Shown in pieces: positions 25,020 to 38,470 of a stretch of 63,877 nt of DNA. The stretch is from Octopus bimaculoides (taxonomy: Eukaryota). The notes beneath the pieces are model-generated. The model had not been told where the DNA came from. It was given only the letters and a program-made list of their open reading frames with translations, and searched no databases. Position 1 is the first letter of the stretch. Each line of letters begins with the position of its first letter. The stretch covers positions 23,982,024 to 24,045,900 of the forward strand of contig NC_068991.1 in assembly GCF_001194135.2 (NCBI RefSeq), in the 5' to 3' direction. The translations under genes were made by a program, and so were the position numbers.

Positions 25020-26130
25020 AACATCATTTGGGTAATACGGTCAGAATATTTTTCCACATTATACAAATGATATAGCACTCATGGCGGTGTTGGCGGTAAT
25101 AAGGTTTGAGTTTTTCGAGACGATCCTAATAATCAAGACCTGTCATTTCATCTATTTTCCTTGAGACCGATCTATGGGGTTTTTTCAATTTATATATTTT
25201 GTTTCGTGCAGGGAGACCACAGTGGACAACAGTATTCAACGTGAGGACGGGCGAAGGTGGAGAAGACAAGGTTAATGGCAGGAGCGTCTCTAAATCAAAA
25301 AGCCCTGAGGATCTACGAACCCGCTCTACTTGTCATGTCGACTTCATTGTTTATGTGGGCACTCCAGCATGAGTTGTTGTCGACAGTTACTCCAAAATCC
25401 CTAACAGTGTTTAATGCCACGTGTTTGATGCCATGTGGTAGCTTAAGTGCAGCATCTTTGTGCAAAGTGAATTAATTCAAATTTGTTTTCGTTTAGTGCA
25501 TATTGTGTTTTTTCACCCATGAGATAACAGCGAACAGATCCAATTGGAGATCTGTTCGGTCTCCTGCTCTGTTAACGATCTTCAGAAGCTTAGAGTCATC
25601 TGCGAAAATCTAATACTGCTGTGACTTATGATGTCTATGATGTCACTGATGTAAATAATGAAAAAGAGTGGTCATAATAGTGTGCTTTGTGGGACTCCAC
25701 TGATGATTCTTGCCGAGCTCGATCGAATACTATCATAACATGCTGGGTTCTGCTCACCAGAAAACATTCAGTTCACTTCAAATTTTTCCTCAGACTTCAA
25801 CGTTCGATATTTTCTTGAATAGAATGTTGTGGTCAACTTTGTGAAGGGCTTGCTGAAGTCCCGATAGGTAACATCTGCATTGGAACCCTCTCCTAGAGCC
25901 TTTAGAATATCATCAAAGTGATGCAGGAGCTGTGTTAGGCAGTACCTACCATTTCAGGAGCTATGTTGTTTGGGAATCAGTAGGCTGTTACTTTACAGTT
26001 CGTGAGTTACTCGATATCTCACAACTCTCTCAAATGATTTGACGATGCAAGAGGCAAATGAGATCGGTCGGCAATTCACTGCCAGCGATTTGTTGCCCTT
26101 CTTGAAAACTGGGACAATCGACTGGGATTA
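25020..26130 (-). mobile_element. CR1/Jockey-group LINE reverse transcriptase relic
   Basis: Minus strand reads CLTQLLHHFDDILKAL..DVTYRDFSK..VDHNIL..LFIIYISDI..RFFADDSKL..DLQLDL..RDFGVTVDNN..RPHVEYCCPLWSP. Confidence 0.85.
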
Positions 26131-27479
26131 GAGCTGGATATAGACAGTACAAAGAGGAAGACTATCAACACTTTGAGCGTTTTCGACGTGCAATTTATAT
26201 TTTCAAATCAGAACTAAACCATTTCAATGGCACTTTCGTTCTTGTTGCAATATTTATATTTTTCTTTTAAAGATATAAGAAATTCGCAAGTATAAGTTAA
26301 TGTTTCTAGGTCACTAGAAGTAATCGCTTTTGTTAAAATTAATACTTCATTGTACACATCGTCGAATTTCAGTTGATAGTGCCGGCGCTACTTACCAAGC
26401 AAAGTAGACGATTGTCTATAGCGATAAACCCGGGGACGCCAGAGATAACTTACATGACTTTTTAAAATCCAAATGAAAACACGAGAACTTAATATTGAAA
26501 AGAGCCGGTGAGGTGACACTCGGAATACAAGAGAATAGAGTACACGGCTAGCCTGTGAAATTCGTCTGATGTAACCCAGTAATTTACAAGTGATATGCAT
26601 GATCATAAAACGAAAAGATTTCTTGTTCGCAAGTTTATTATGATTTTCCGATTGAATTACCTGGCTGGTATAATAAGGGTGATGGTTGGAAGATGTAAAA
26701 GGAGTTAAAACTGAGAAGAGTGCTCTCACTGTAGGGATGAATGAAGGGGCGTATCCCGTAGGACTGGCAGAAGGGAGTACACATTGTAAGGCCGGAAGAT
26801 GAGGGCACACATTGAAGAGCTGAAAGAAGAAGGTTCATATTGTAAGGCTGGAGCCAGTCCTGTCTATTTATTCATTAACAAGGTTTTCCTGTTTTTTTTT
26901 TTATTTATAAAGAACAAAGTACCCCTTATACTTAAAAAATTTGGTAGCAGAAGTAATTTTGTTTTTGTAAAAATTATTATTTTTTTTAAATGTTGTTGTT
27001 TACCTCAGTAGAAGTTATTCGTTTTTATATAATTAATATTATTTTGTTTTGAAAAGATTGTTGCTGTTTCTTTCTGCAATGTAAATCTTTCAAGCTAAGT
27101 TCCCGATTTTCCTGCTAATTAGAATTTAGAGTAGAAATAATTGTTTTCTTTTTTATACATAATTTATATCTCATTATATACACTGTCCTGTTTAATATGT
27201 CGTAACACATATCATCCACTTCATGTTTAATATCTCATTATGCAGATCGCCCATTTTCTTCTTAAATGTTCAATTTCAAAGATTTATTTTTCTGGTTATT
27301 TGCTTCTATATTCTTTATGAATTCCGAAGTAGAAGTATATCTACTTTTGTAACATTATTTTTTCACGTAAACATTGTAGCATGGTTTTTAGTGTTGTTTT
27401 TCTACCAGGAAACTTACAATAATTAGCTCTCACTCTCTCTCAGCGCCTGTTTCTCATAATCCACATTTCACACTACGCA

Positions 27480-29570
27480 TTTGATTCACTGCGATAGCAC
27501 ATACAAAAAATTTAGATGAAAAGTGGCGGAAATTCGCTCGACAGAGGAAAGCTAGATAATATCTACAACTAGATGTCTAGAGATCAGCAATCCAATGCTC
27601 AGATTTTTACTTATACAACAAATATATATAAGGGAAACTGGCGAACAAGTTCTCAGTTACAGAGAAAAAGCTACATATCAGAAATCTAGATTGGTGATTA
27701 TCACCAGAAATCACTGCTTGATGTTAAGTGGACAGAAATAAAGACTGTAAAATGGCAGGAAACTCATAAAGAAACAGAAATAAAGACTGTAAAATGACAA
27801 GAGACACATAAAGAAGTAGAAATAAGGCTACCAATAAAAAGTATGAAAATAGCTGAAAGAGAACAAGATAAAATACAAGAAGAAAATATGACAACGCTCG
27901 AAACAAACAAACAAACAAAAAACAAAGCAGAATAAGCGTAAGAGTACAAGAGGAATTACGAAAGAAGAAGGTTAATTGCTAGAGATAGATCTAGAGTTGT
28001 TATTGCTTTCAGAATGGAAGCAAATTTGTATCTGTACAAAGAAATGTAAATGTTATTTCAAATAGAAAAAAATGGAAGAAAATAGTATCAACAGAGGAGA
28101 AAGCAATGCTAATTTTGAAAACAGGACTACAACATAAGAGACTATCTGAAAACAGGACTATCAACATAAAAGAAAGAAATATAAACATTATTCAAAATAG
28201 AATATCAGAATTTCAAATAATAGAGTCAACATTTATTTTCCAAAGAAAATTCACTGCGTCATTCATGTGGATCTATGAATATTTATTACAAACTTTGAAA
28301 TGCCAAATATTCTCACCAGAGAGTTCCTCTGTTTTCACAAGAGTAAAATGGTATTGCATAACCAAAGATAAACAGCACCATATCACCGTAATATAAGGAA
28401 TAAACCAAGAAATCCAAGTTACAAACACTTCCAAGATAGCATTAGATCTTACAACACAATACTTTTCCTCAGTGGTAACTCAGATATCTGATGTTTTAAA
28501 TCGTAGGCTGTTATATTTTCGTTTTCATGACAAAAGCTAATGTCGCACGAGCAATATATTGTCTTAATGGAGAAGAACCTCGACAATCTAACAAGCTTTA
28601 CATCATTGATTCTAAAACGATTCTATTCATATTAGATTCCAGAATCTGAGTAATGGCAGTTGTATTCCTCAAATTCTAACTACTTTAAATCAGATCAACA
28701 CAAAAAAACGTTTACGTTTCCGTGTATAAAATGTTAGGAAAATGAGTACGAATTCAATAGAGAGCAGCAGGATATATTCCAACACCAGTAGTCAATATCG
28801 TATTTAAGAGAGACAGAAACAATGGGCAAAGACGATATAACTTACCAAATTATGATGTAGCAATGACTTTTAGAAAATATTGATATAAATATCCTTCTAA
28901 GTATCAAGTCCGTATTTACCTTCCATATTGAGACCTCCATTGATCAAATTTAATATTACTGACCCTCAATTTTGACTCAAAGAATTACACTTTATTCTAT
29001 CCATAAGGAGTACGAGAACGTCAACTAAGATTGATCATTAATCTTAAACTAATTAACAAGAGTACACTCTTTAATGTTATGATATACACTATTTCTATAC
29101 TGTAATACAAGGTTGTTCAAACAGTAATAAAAGAAGGCAGCAAACAACTTGCATATCGTAGAACAATTATTTTAGCAATGGGATGATGATTCTCTTTCAG
29201 TTAAGGTAAATAATTTCAATTATGTAGGATACTATCAAGGACATTTTTGAGTTCCACAGAATCAAAGACTTATTGGTCATCTGTTTATTTTGTCTATTAT
29301 GCAGGATCTCATAGAAAGTACTATTATTTTACCATCTTTATTTCATGGATCGCCTAGAAACAAGAAAGAATTGTGCTGTCATGATACCTTGACCTTGGTG
29401 AGGAATTTGGACAGGCATATTTATTTTTCTACTATGACATACAATTCTTCCAGGTATAAAATTAGAGATAAATTCTTTTCTGGATAATTCCTGTCAGGAC
29501 AGACCAAATATTCCGACAAGAACGTCCAAGATATAATCGACAAATTTATCGTGTAATACCCTGGAGAGCA
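27480..29570 (+). mobile_element. Very old L1/Tx1-like LINE relic (ORF1 tail + APE), tentative
   Basis: A-rich plus strand with a 36-bp tandem (EIKTVKWQETHK-like). Weak APE-like words: HITVI*GIN (DI..LQE), NRRLLYFRF, AIYCLNG, HKEY. Needs an HMM search. Confidence 0.35.
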
Positions 29571-29579
29571 TTACGCATA

Positions 29580-30060
29580 AGGTGGTGTGCTGGCAGAATC
29601 GACGGAGCGTCGGACAAAATACTTTACTGTATTTCTTTCAGCTCTTTATGCTTTCAGCTCTTTATGCTTTCAGCTCTTTATGCTTTCAGCTCTTTATGCT
29701 TTCAGCTCTTTATGCTTTGAGCTCTGAATTCAAATTCCGCTAAGGTTCAACTTCGCCTTTCTTAGTTGATAAAATACAGTACCAGTCAAGAACTGGGGTT
29801 GATGATATCGAGTAATTCTCTCCCCCATCCAAATAATTCCTGGCCTTGCACCTAAATCAGAAGCCATTATTAATGAAACACGTGGCGGGAAGCTGGCAGA
29901 ATCGAAAATAACATCGGACAAAATGCCTTGCGCCATTTCCTTCTGTTGTTCACGTTCTCAGGTCAACTTTGCTTTTCATCTCTCCAATGTCGATGAAATA
30001 AAATATAAGTCAAGCACTAGATAGTATCTTCCCTCTTAAAATTGCTAGCCTTATACTAAA
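29580..30060 (+). mobile_element. Two old SINE family B copies; the first carries a 16-bp x5 tandem expansion
   Basis: (G)TGCTGGCAGAATCG heads at ~29588 and ~29890. TTTCAGCTCTTTATGC x5 at 29636-29715. Confidence 0.75.
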
Positions 30061-30351
30061 TTTTAAACGATTAACGAGATACAAGGGAAGATAGATGAAA
30101 TGAGGTTTGTGAAGGTTGTGCTTTTTCTCGATGATTGCGATGTAAAATGTTAGCAGTGTGAAATAAAACGCAGTAACATTGAAAGCAAATCGTAGGCTCA
30201 TCTCTCTGGAAGGTTCTCTCGGGCTCAACACTTTACTCTTACCACCTTCTCCTCACTTCACACCTAGTGAAGATAGAATGAATAAAGATAGGAAACTTCG
30301 GAGAAGCATTTGTCTGGTAAACGATTTGATCTGGGACCGCGTATTGAAACT

Positions 30352-30742
30352 GTTGTTGTTGTTAGTACTCCGTCGCTTACGACGTCGAGGGTTCCAGTTG
30401 ATCCGATCAACGGAACAGCTTGCTCGTGAAATTAACGTGCATGTGGCTGAGCACTCCACAGACACGTGTACCCTTAACGTAGTTCTCGGGGATATTCAGC
30501 GTGACACAGTGTGACAAGGCTGACCCTTTGAAATTACAGGCACAACAGAAACAGGAAGTAAGAGTGAGAGAAAGTTGTGGTGGAAAAGTACAGCAGGATT
30601 CGCCACCATCCCTTGCCGGAACCTCGTGGATCTTTAGGTGCTTTCGCTCAATAAACACCCACAACGCCCGGTCTGGGAATCGAAATCGCGATCCTATGAC
30701 CGCGAGTCCGCTGCCCTAACCACTGGGCCATTGCGCCTCCAC
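30352..30742 (-). mobile_element. Full-length SINE family A with 11-bp TSD
   Basis: Matches 1949-2340. TSD GTATTGAAACT at 30341-30351 and 30744-30754. Confidence 0.92.
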
Positions 30743-31019
30743 TGTATTGAAACTAAAGCAATGTATAACGTGAAAGAGACATATCAGTCTCTGTTAACTT
30801 CACTAAATCGTTTAATATTTGATGTCAACATTTTCGTCACACTGTGACCTGGTAACTGACACAGTTCCACTGCTAGATAGAAAGACTTTCGTAAACAAAA
30901 GCAAATTATTCCGTGGAATAATTAAGAGTATTTAAAGAGTATTTATGGCTCCTTTTATTGCTTGAATTTGCTCTTTACTTACTCTTGGAACCTGTGTATG
31001 ATCTTTAATTTAACATCTC

Positions 31020-31332
31020 CAGCTGAAGTTTCTTTCGTTCTTTTTTTTCAATTTTTTTTTCGTTTTTTTTTGTCATTTTTCTTTTTTCCATTCTTTGCGT
31101 CTTCTATTTTCTTTCTTTCTCTCTTTCACTTTTCTCGTTTTCTCTTTCTGTTATTTTCCTTTCTTTTTCTTTCTTTATTCTTACTCTCTTTCACTTTCCT
31201 ATTACTCTTTATTTTCCTTTATTCCCTATTTTCTTTCTCTCCTTCTTACACCTTTTCTTTTTCTTTCTGTCTTTCTTCCTTTCTTTCTTTCTTTCTTCTG
31301 TTATTTCTCTTTCACTGCTTCTTTTTCTCTAG

Positions 31333-31388
<56 letters not shown>

Positions 31389-31615
31389 TCCTTCTTTCTT
31401 TCTTTCTTTCTTTCTCTGTTTCATTTTCTCTCATTTTTCTTTCTTTCTTTCCTTTTTCTTTTGCTTTTTATTCTTTTTTCTTTTTTCCATTTTCCCCTTT
31501 TCTTTTTGCTTTTCTTTGTTTTTATTTTACTTGTTTCTTCTGTAGTTTTCTTCCTTCCTTTGTATCTTCCTTTTTTCTTTTTTTGCTTCTTTTGCTTCTT
31601 TTTCTGCTTTTTTTA
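31020..31615. repeat. Polypyrimidine / (CTTT)n low-complexity tract
   Basis: Directly visible; source of the F/L/S-rich ORFs. Confidence 0.9.
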
Positions 31616-31627
31616 TGTCGCTAAATA

Positions 31628-32796
31628 TTGGGTAATCCCATANNNNNNNNNNNNNNNNNNNNNNNNNNNNNNNNNNNNNNNNNNNNNNNNNNNNNNNNNN
31701 NNNNNNNNNNNNNNNNNNNNNNNNNNNNNNNNNNNNNNNNNNNNNNNNNNNNNNNNNNNNNNNNNNNNNNNNNNNNNNNNNNNNNNNNNNNNNNNNNNNN
31801 NNNNNNNNNNNNNNNNNNNNNNNNNNNNNNNNNNNNNNNNNNNNNNNNNNNNNNNNNNNNNNNNNNNNNNNNNNNNNNNNNNNNNNNNNNNNNNNNNNNN
31901 NNNNNNNNNNNNNNNNNNNNNNNNNNNNNNNNNNNNNNNNNNNNNNNNNNNNNNNNNNNNNNNNNNNNNNNNNNNNNNNNNNNNNNNNNNNNNNNNNNNC
32001 GACACCTGCGTGCCACCGGAAAAGTCAGCAAATTGGGTCAATGGGTTCCTCACAAACTTTCCGAGTCTAATCGCGCGCAGAGTGAATGTGTGCTCTTCTT
32101 TGCTGTCACATCTCTCAAATGAACCTTTTTTGACCGAATTGTGACTGGTGACGAGAAATAGGTTCTCTATAAAAATGTCAAGCACCGAAGACAGTGGGCA
32201 GGGAAAGGAGAAACACCGGAACTCTAGGCTAAAGAAGGTTTTCACCCACGTAAGGTGTTGTTATCTGTTTGGTGGGATATGAAAGGTTTAGTCCACTTTG
32301 AACTTTTAAATCCAAACCAAACGATAACAAAAGAGATCTACTACGAGCAGCTTGAGCGGCTTAAGTCAGCGCCAGAAGTAAAACGACCATCTTTGGTTTG
32401 AAGACGAAAGATGTTCTTTCATCAGGATAATGCTCGGCCACATACAGCGAGGATGACATTCGAAAGGCTGGAGCAGTTTCAATGGGAAACGATGCCCCAC
32501 CCACCATATTCGCCGGCATTGCCCCATCTGATTATCATTTATTCCACAGTCTTCAAAATCATTTGGACGGAAAAAATATGAATTCTGTAGACGAGGTTAG
32601 AACAGTACTGGAGGAGTATTTTTTATCACGGACAAGTGAATTTTGGAAGAGGAGCCTTACAAGTCTACCAGATAGATGGAAGAGGATTGTAGAAAATGGA
32701 GAGTGTATTTTAGATTGAAAAAGAAATTTGTTTATCTTAATTCTGAAAAATAAAAGAAAGTATAAAAAACCCCACATTATTTATGGGATGACCCAT
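31628..32796 (+). mobile_element. Mariner (DD34D) transposon relic with both TIRs
   Basis: TA|TTGGGTAATCCCATA.. and ..TTATGGGATGACCCAT|TA termini. Motifs GQWVPHKL, IVTGDEK, VWWD, FHQDNARPH, HPPYSP..APSDYHLF. Confidence 0.9.
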
Positions 32797-32949
32797 TATA
32801 TTTTTTCTGTTTTAAATTTGTTCAGAAATTATTTTTGAAAAGTAATTGCTTTTCTCCCACATACCTTATTTTAACGTTTAATCTGTTGTCTTATGGGTAA
32901 ATATTTTTTATTGCAGTACTGAACTTCGTTTTTTTTAACAATTTCCAGC

Positions 32950-33090
32950 ACGGGGACAATACCTCACATTCGAGAGATGGGTTTAACTGATTAGTTCTAT
33001 CTCAGAACTTGATCGATACTTTATTTTATTGACGTTCGGGTAAATGAAAGGCAAAGTTGACCTCCGCGAGATTTGAATCCTGTACGCAAG
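32950..33090 (-). mobile_element. Old SINE family B
   Basis: TGAAAGGCAAAGTTGACCTCCGCGAGATTTGAA motif. Confidence 0.6.
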
Positions 33091-34493
33091 TAAATACTTC
33101 CTTGTTTAGAGTTCTCCTTTCGTATATTATTGATCAGGGAAATTTTTACTAAAAAATCAGAAATCAATGGAATTTTATCTCTATATGAAATGTTGGTTGG
33201 TTGGTTGGTTGGTTGGTTGGTTGATTAGTCTAGTCACGCATTACATCGAATGGAGAAAGGGCGGGAAGTAATAGACATAAGATGAGAGTTGACAAAAGAG
33301 GTACAGGATGAGTAAAAGAATGCTACAAACACACACGTAGTGAGAAAGAGAGATTCCTAGACATATAGGAAGAGGAAGAGAGGGAATAAATGACAAAGTA
33401 ATAAATAAAGGAGTTAAAGAGAAGTTATGTATAGACAAAATGCAAGAGTAATTAGCATATACTCGTTCTAATGAACGAGAATATGTTAAGAATGAATATT
33501 TACATCATTGTTTTGTTTTATTTAAATTTATTTGAAGGTAATAAATATTTTTCTTTAGAAAATCAGTATTCATTTCATTATTTTGTAAAAATCCCAAGAA
33601 ATTTGAAAAAGTTATCATAATTAATGTATATATGCCGTATTTCTCTGATATTACTCATGGCGATAAAAGTATACATTCAAAGTTACTCGTCATATAACGG
33701 ATAACATTCTAGTTTTATACAGCAGGATCATCAGATGCCAATAATAAATAGATTAGCCGAATCGTTGGAGCATCCAACAAAATGCTTTACGGTATTCATT
33801 GCGGCAATTTACATTCTGAGTACAAATCCTGCTCACGTTAACTTTGCCCTTGGGGAATTTCAACCATGTTTCGTGGTCTGCTACCACAACAGCTCCTTTA
33901 TAGGATCCAGTTAGCTCAAAACATCATCAGGAAGAACCACGTCCGGTTTCGGCCCCTACTCCTCTACCGTTTTGACGTGGCGGCCCCCCTTTCGGAGGTG
34001 TATTCAGCTCTGGTGTTGAGTGCATGTCATCTTTCTTCTGTTCCCTGGCCTCTTCGATGCAGCGTCAACGAGTGTCAGCGGCCGACTGACTGTCATGTCA
34101 AATTTCCCTTTAAATACCTGGTGCTAGGCTCCAGCAGGCAGCCCCAGTAAGTTGTCACGTGATACTGTCTAAACTTTAACTGACAATGGAGGGCGCGTAA
34201 TCTTAGCCCACGCATTTTCTAACCGAGACCGTCACCTTTCAATCAGCGAAGCCACTTCAGTGTCAGCCTGTCTCACCTAATGATGTTATTTTCCTGCCGG
34301 CATGTTATGACTTTCAAGCCAGCATGTTATGACTTTCGGGGTCTAGATAATAGAGTCAGGTATTGGAGTCAATGCAATTGACTGTCTTCTTCCTTCAAAT
34401 TGGAAACCTTGTGGCTCTATGATGGATCTTTGTCTTGCTCCTGAATTAATTGCGTAAGCTGTTGAGTATTTTAAAGACACGTGTACCCTTAAC

Positions 34494-34659
34494 AAAATTA
34501 GCACAACACAATATACTTCAAGACTGTATCGTTTGAATTACAGGTACAATCATCCGATGGAGTCCAAGACTGTTTTAAAATTAGCACAACACAATATACT
34601 TCAAGACTGTATCGTTTGAATTACAGGTACAATCATCCGATGGAGTCCAAGACTGTTTT
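34494..34659. repeat. Perfect 83-bp tandem duplication
   Basis: AAAATTAGCACAACAC..CCAAGACTGTTTT starts at 34494 and again at 34577. Confidence 0.9.
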
Positions 34660-34668
34660 CATCTACCC

Positions 34669-35450
34669 GAGGCATGTCAAACTCGCGGATCTTTTCAAAC
34701 ACAAATGCAGCCAGCGAGTGGCGTTGCTAGGGGTTTAAAAATGGTGAACCCTGCCAAAACTTTTAATGATAAGAATAATAAATAATAATCTAATTATTGA
34801 AAGTAAGATTATTGATGAGCAAATAAAAAGTTTTGAAAGATTTTTACTTAATAGTAAAAAGTTCCTACGAAACTGTCGAGGCAGATGAAAGAATACAAAT
34901 GGAACTGTTAGAAATGCAGTCAGATTCTTCACTCTGCTTTGTACAATGAAATGGGATCACCAAGCTTTTTCCCCTATCTGCCGCAGCGATTTGAGAAAAA
35001 TCAGGTAATTTCCCACAAGGATTATGGCAATGGTTGATTCAAGTTATGTGTGTAAATTGTTGTTTTCAAAACAACAAAGACTTCTGAAAGGGTCTGGTTG
35101 ATTGACAAGCATTTGTTATCATTGATGAAAGGTGAAACTGCACGAACAACTTGAACCAAATATACGAAAATTAGTTAGCAAAACTCGATGTCAAGCATCA
35201 TGACAGCAATATAAAGATTAATTAACAGTTATCAGTAAATTTGTTGTGTAGTATGCTATTTTTTTAATAGTTATTGTTCAGTAATATAGTTTTTTGTGGT
35301 TACAATAAAATTTGTCTGTACAAAATTCTGACATCAGTTTTCAATTGACGGAAATCTTTCTTGAAAACGTGTGCTTACAAATATGCAGCCACATGGCAAC
35401 ATGAATGTGAGCAATGCGGCCCGTAGAGACTCTGCAGTTTGACATGGCTG
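34669..35450 (+). mobile_element. Internally deleted hAT (Charlie/SPIN-like) element with 8-bp TSD
   Basis: TIRs GAGGCATGTCAAACT / AGTTTGACATGGCTG. TSD ATCTACCC (34661-34668) / GTCTACCC (35451-35458). Relic of the dimerisation region (QMELLEMQSD; SSYVC..LFS). Confidence 0.8.
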
Positions 35451-35972
35451 GTCTACCCAATTTTACTCATAAGAAACGAACCGACCTGAAGTTACAGCAA
35501 AATGACATTTACCGAATAAAACTTGCAGTGGGATCGAACCTGAGATCTTGTGGTTCCGAGGTGAACTTCTTAACCATTCAACCATCTTGTGCTCATTGCG
35601 AGTATGCAAGAAATCGACAACGTATCAGATTCATTCTTATCCACAAAAAAGACAGCTGTTCTAAAATAGACGACAAAGCCTGCTGATCGGTTTCGATTTC
35701 CGATTGAGTCCATTTTATATTATCTACGCTTTAAACGTTTCCAGGAGAGGTATGAACATTACACATTCTTATTACTTATACTCCTGAAATACAGAGAAGA
35801 AGAATCAATGCTGAAGAGGCCTGTAGAATCAGATGTTATCTGCTAGCGGGTTGAAGTTTTGATAAGGTTTCAAGTCGGAACTGAAGTAATTTCACGAAAA
35901 TTACGTCTTTTGTTGAAGGAATGATCAATAATTACAGGAACATTTCAAAATAACACTATGCTCTATACACAC

Positions 35973-36018
<46 letters not shown>

Positions 36019-36531
36019 GGTATGTGTATGTATGTGATAGTATAGCATATATATATATACATACGAGCACACATCCATACACATACNNNNNNNNNNNNNN
36101 NNNNNNNNNNNNNNNNNNNNNNNNNNNNNNNNNNNNNNNNNNNNNNNNNNNNNNNNNNNNNNNNNNNNNNNNNNNNNNNNNNNNNNNNNNNNNNNNNNNN
36201 NNNNNNNNNNNNNNNNNNNNNNNNNNNNNNNNNNNNNNNNNNNNNNNNNNNNNNNNNNNNNNNNNNNNNNNNNNNNNNNNNNNNNNNNNNNNNNNNNNNN
36301 NNNNNNNNNNNNNNNNNNNNNNNNNNNNNNNNNNNNNNNNNNNNNNNNNNNNNNNNNNNNNNNNNNNNNNNNNNNNNNNNNNNNNNNNNNNNNNNNNNNN
36401 NNNNNNNNNNNNNNNNNNNNNNNNNNNNNNNNNNNNNNNNNNNNNNNNNNNNNNNNNNNNNNNNNNNNNNNNNNNNNNNNNNNNNNNNNNNNNNNNNNNN
36501 NNNNNNNNNNNNNNNNNNNNNNNNNNNNNNN

Positions 36532-36581
<50 letters not shown>

Positions 36582-37539
36582 AACATGTGTGCATATGTAT
36601 GTATGTGTGTGTATGTGTGCGTGTGTGTGTATGTGTGTGCGTGTGTGTGTATGTGTCTATTTACACTTGTGTTTCAATCAGTTTATCGGACTTCAAGCTT
36701 TTCTAACACATTTTTCCACTTATTTTACTTCACAGCTAAACGCCAAGAAACATCACATTCTTTCGTTTATACACTTGCACACATAAATAACACTTTCCAC
36801 CTCTGCTCGTACGGCTTTATTCTCCACCCGCAATCCTCTCACGTGCTTACATACACGCTTTACCACTACTCACCAACATTTCGCACCTCTGTACGCATTT
36901 ATACACACACACTACATGCTCATGCACACACCATTCCCTCTTATGCTTGCCTCCAGACATAGACATCCTGTGATACATGCATCTACACCCCCACTCCTTT
37001 CTCCTTTCTTAATTCTCCCCCTCCCCTATCATACAACAGCATTCGTCTCTGGTTTCTAACCTGTCGCCTTAACTTTCGCGTCCTCTCTCATACCATCGAG
37101 ATAAATTCTACAGGTGTGTATACGTGTGCATGTATGCTTGTGTGTGTGTGTGTGTGCATGCGTGTATGTTCACGCGTGTGTATGTGCATGTGTATATGCG
37201 TGTGTGTATGTATATGCGTATTGAGTGTGGGGAGATGTGTGCATGTGTGGGTGCGTGTGTCTTTTTTTTTTTAGATGAACAAAAAATAATTCCACAACAA
37301 CCAGAACTACCATTTCAACAATCCACAGAACGACACCAACCAAACACTGCCTGAATAAGGAAAAGTATATATGAACTGAATTGAATTGAACTGGTTTCAG
37401 CTCACGAACTGTGACCATGCTGGGGAAACACCACTTGATGTTATGACATACACATTTTTTACTTCGCAAAAAAAAGTGTTTTAGAACCTCCCTTCGAAGG
37501 TTGAGATCTAGGTTTAATGAGACCTGACCGTAAGTTTTT

Positions 37540-38470
37540 ATCGGGGATTCACCGCGTGCAGGTTAATGGCAGATTGCTTCGGCTTGTCTGAAGTAAGACG
37601 CAAAGGCCAGATAGAACAGCTGGATCCAGTGTCAACCATGAACGATTCGTTAGAAACACGATCCTTAACAAAGAATGCACGATGAGATGAAAAATTGCGG
37701 TCAGAAATTGACGCGTTCAAATCTTCCGCAACTAGTTTCCCGACAGCTTGAACGAACAGGGCTGGATGCATCGACGGGCTTCGTCCTTAAATCTGGCATG
37801 GTACCAGCAGAGATTGGAAACCGTTGGAGCAGAACTAGACGACCGTGGCTTAGAACGGCTTCTACTGCGAGGACAACGAGAGTTGGCGTGTTCCTACCAC
37901 AGTGTGTCCATGCGACGTGTTAATGCATCGACTCTCTCCAAAATGTCGTCATGTGACGAGGCAGGAGACTCTGTAGTGGTAGAGGAAGCTACTATGGGGT
38001 CCGAACAGGTATGGTGAGGTGCGGGCTGCACAGTAAACTCTATGATCTTGTCCGCCATGGTGGTTATCTGATCGTGCGAATTGGAGTCGACCGTTGTGGC
38101 CAGTATCGATTGGACATTCGGCGGTAGACGAGAGAAAAACAATTTTCTTAGCAGAGGATTGTCCTCAAGTGGAGAGTCGCTGAGTTCTCGCAACTGACGA
38201 AGAAACTCAGATGGGGTCCTATCTCCCAGGTGTTCATCCTGCATCAGTGTCCGGAATTTACTCTGCGCGGATTGTGTGTTCCGATGGAAAACTTCGGATT
38301 TGACGGACGCGTAAGTCGCGTCCGGATATGGGTCACTGATGAGATCTTTCACCGAGCGTGCAAGAGGTGAATGCATTCCATAGTTCAAAAGGTTCAGTTG
38401 CTGTTGGTGAGGCACAGCATGGGCGGAAAAATATGCATCCAATTGAGCAAACGAGTGTGACGTCACCAGA
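37540..38470 (-). mobile_element. Gypsy (Mag-like) LTR retrotransposon gag + aspartic protease fragment
   Basis: ORF 38466-37894 reads FAQLDAYF..LGDRTPSEFLRQL..LFFSRLPPNVQSILA..MADKI. Downstream knuckle CWYHARFKDEARRCIQPC, protease FMVDTGSSCS, and a TGGTGAC PBS-like word at the 5' end. Confidence 0.88.

Noticed and set aside
28250-29560. Minus-strand class A GPCR-like words (DVLVGIFGL, GRIVC, C..WFIPYITVIWCCLSL)
   Set aside because: Helix spacing is inconsistent and there are many stops. The T-rich minus strand of an A-rich LINE relic yields hydrophobic peptides by chance, and APE-like words on the plus strand are the simpler explanation. A frameshift-aware 7tm_1 HMM search would settle it.
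29636-29715. Regular 16-bp direct repeats (CRISPR-like at first glance)
   Set aside because: The units are contiguous with no spacers and lie inside a SINE; this is a slippage expansion. There is no CRISPR array or prokaryotic gene content in the window.
30962-32144. Long F/L/S-rich ORFs (220 and 349 aa)
   Set aside because: They are translations of a polypyrimidine tract and an N gap.
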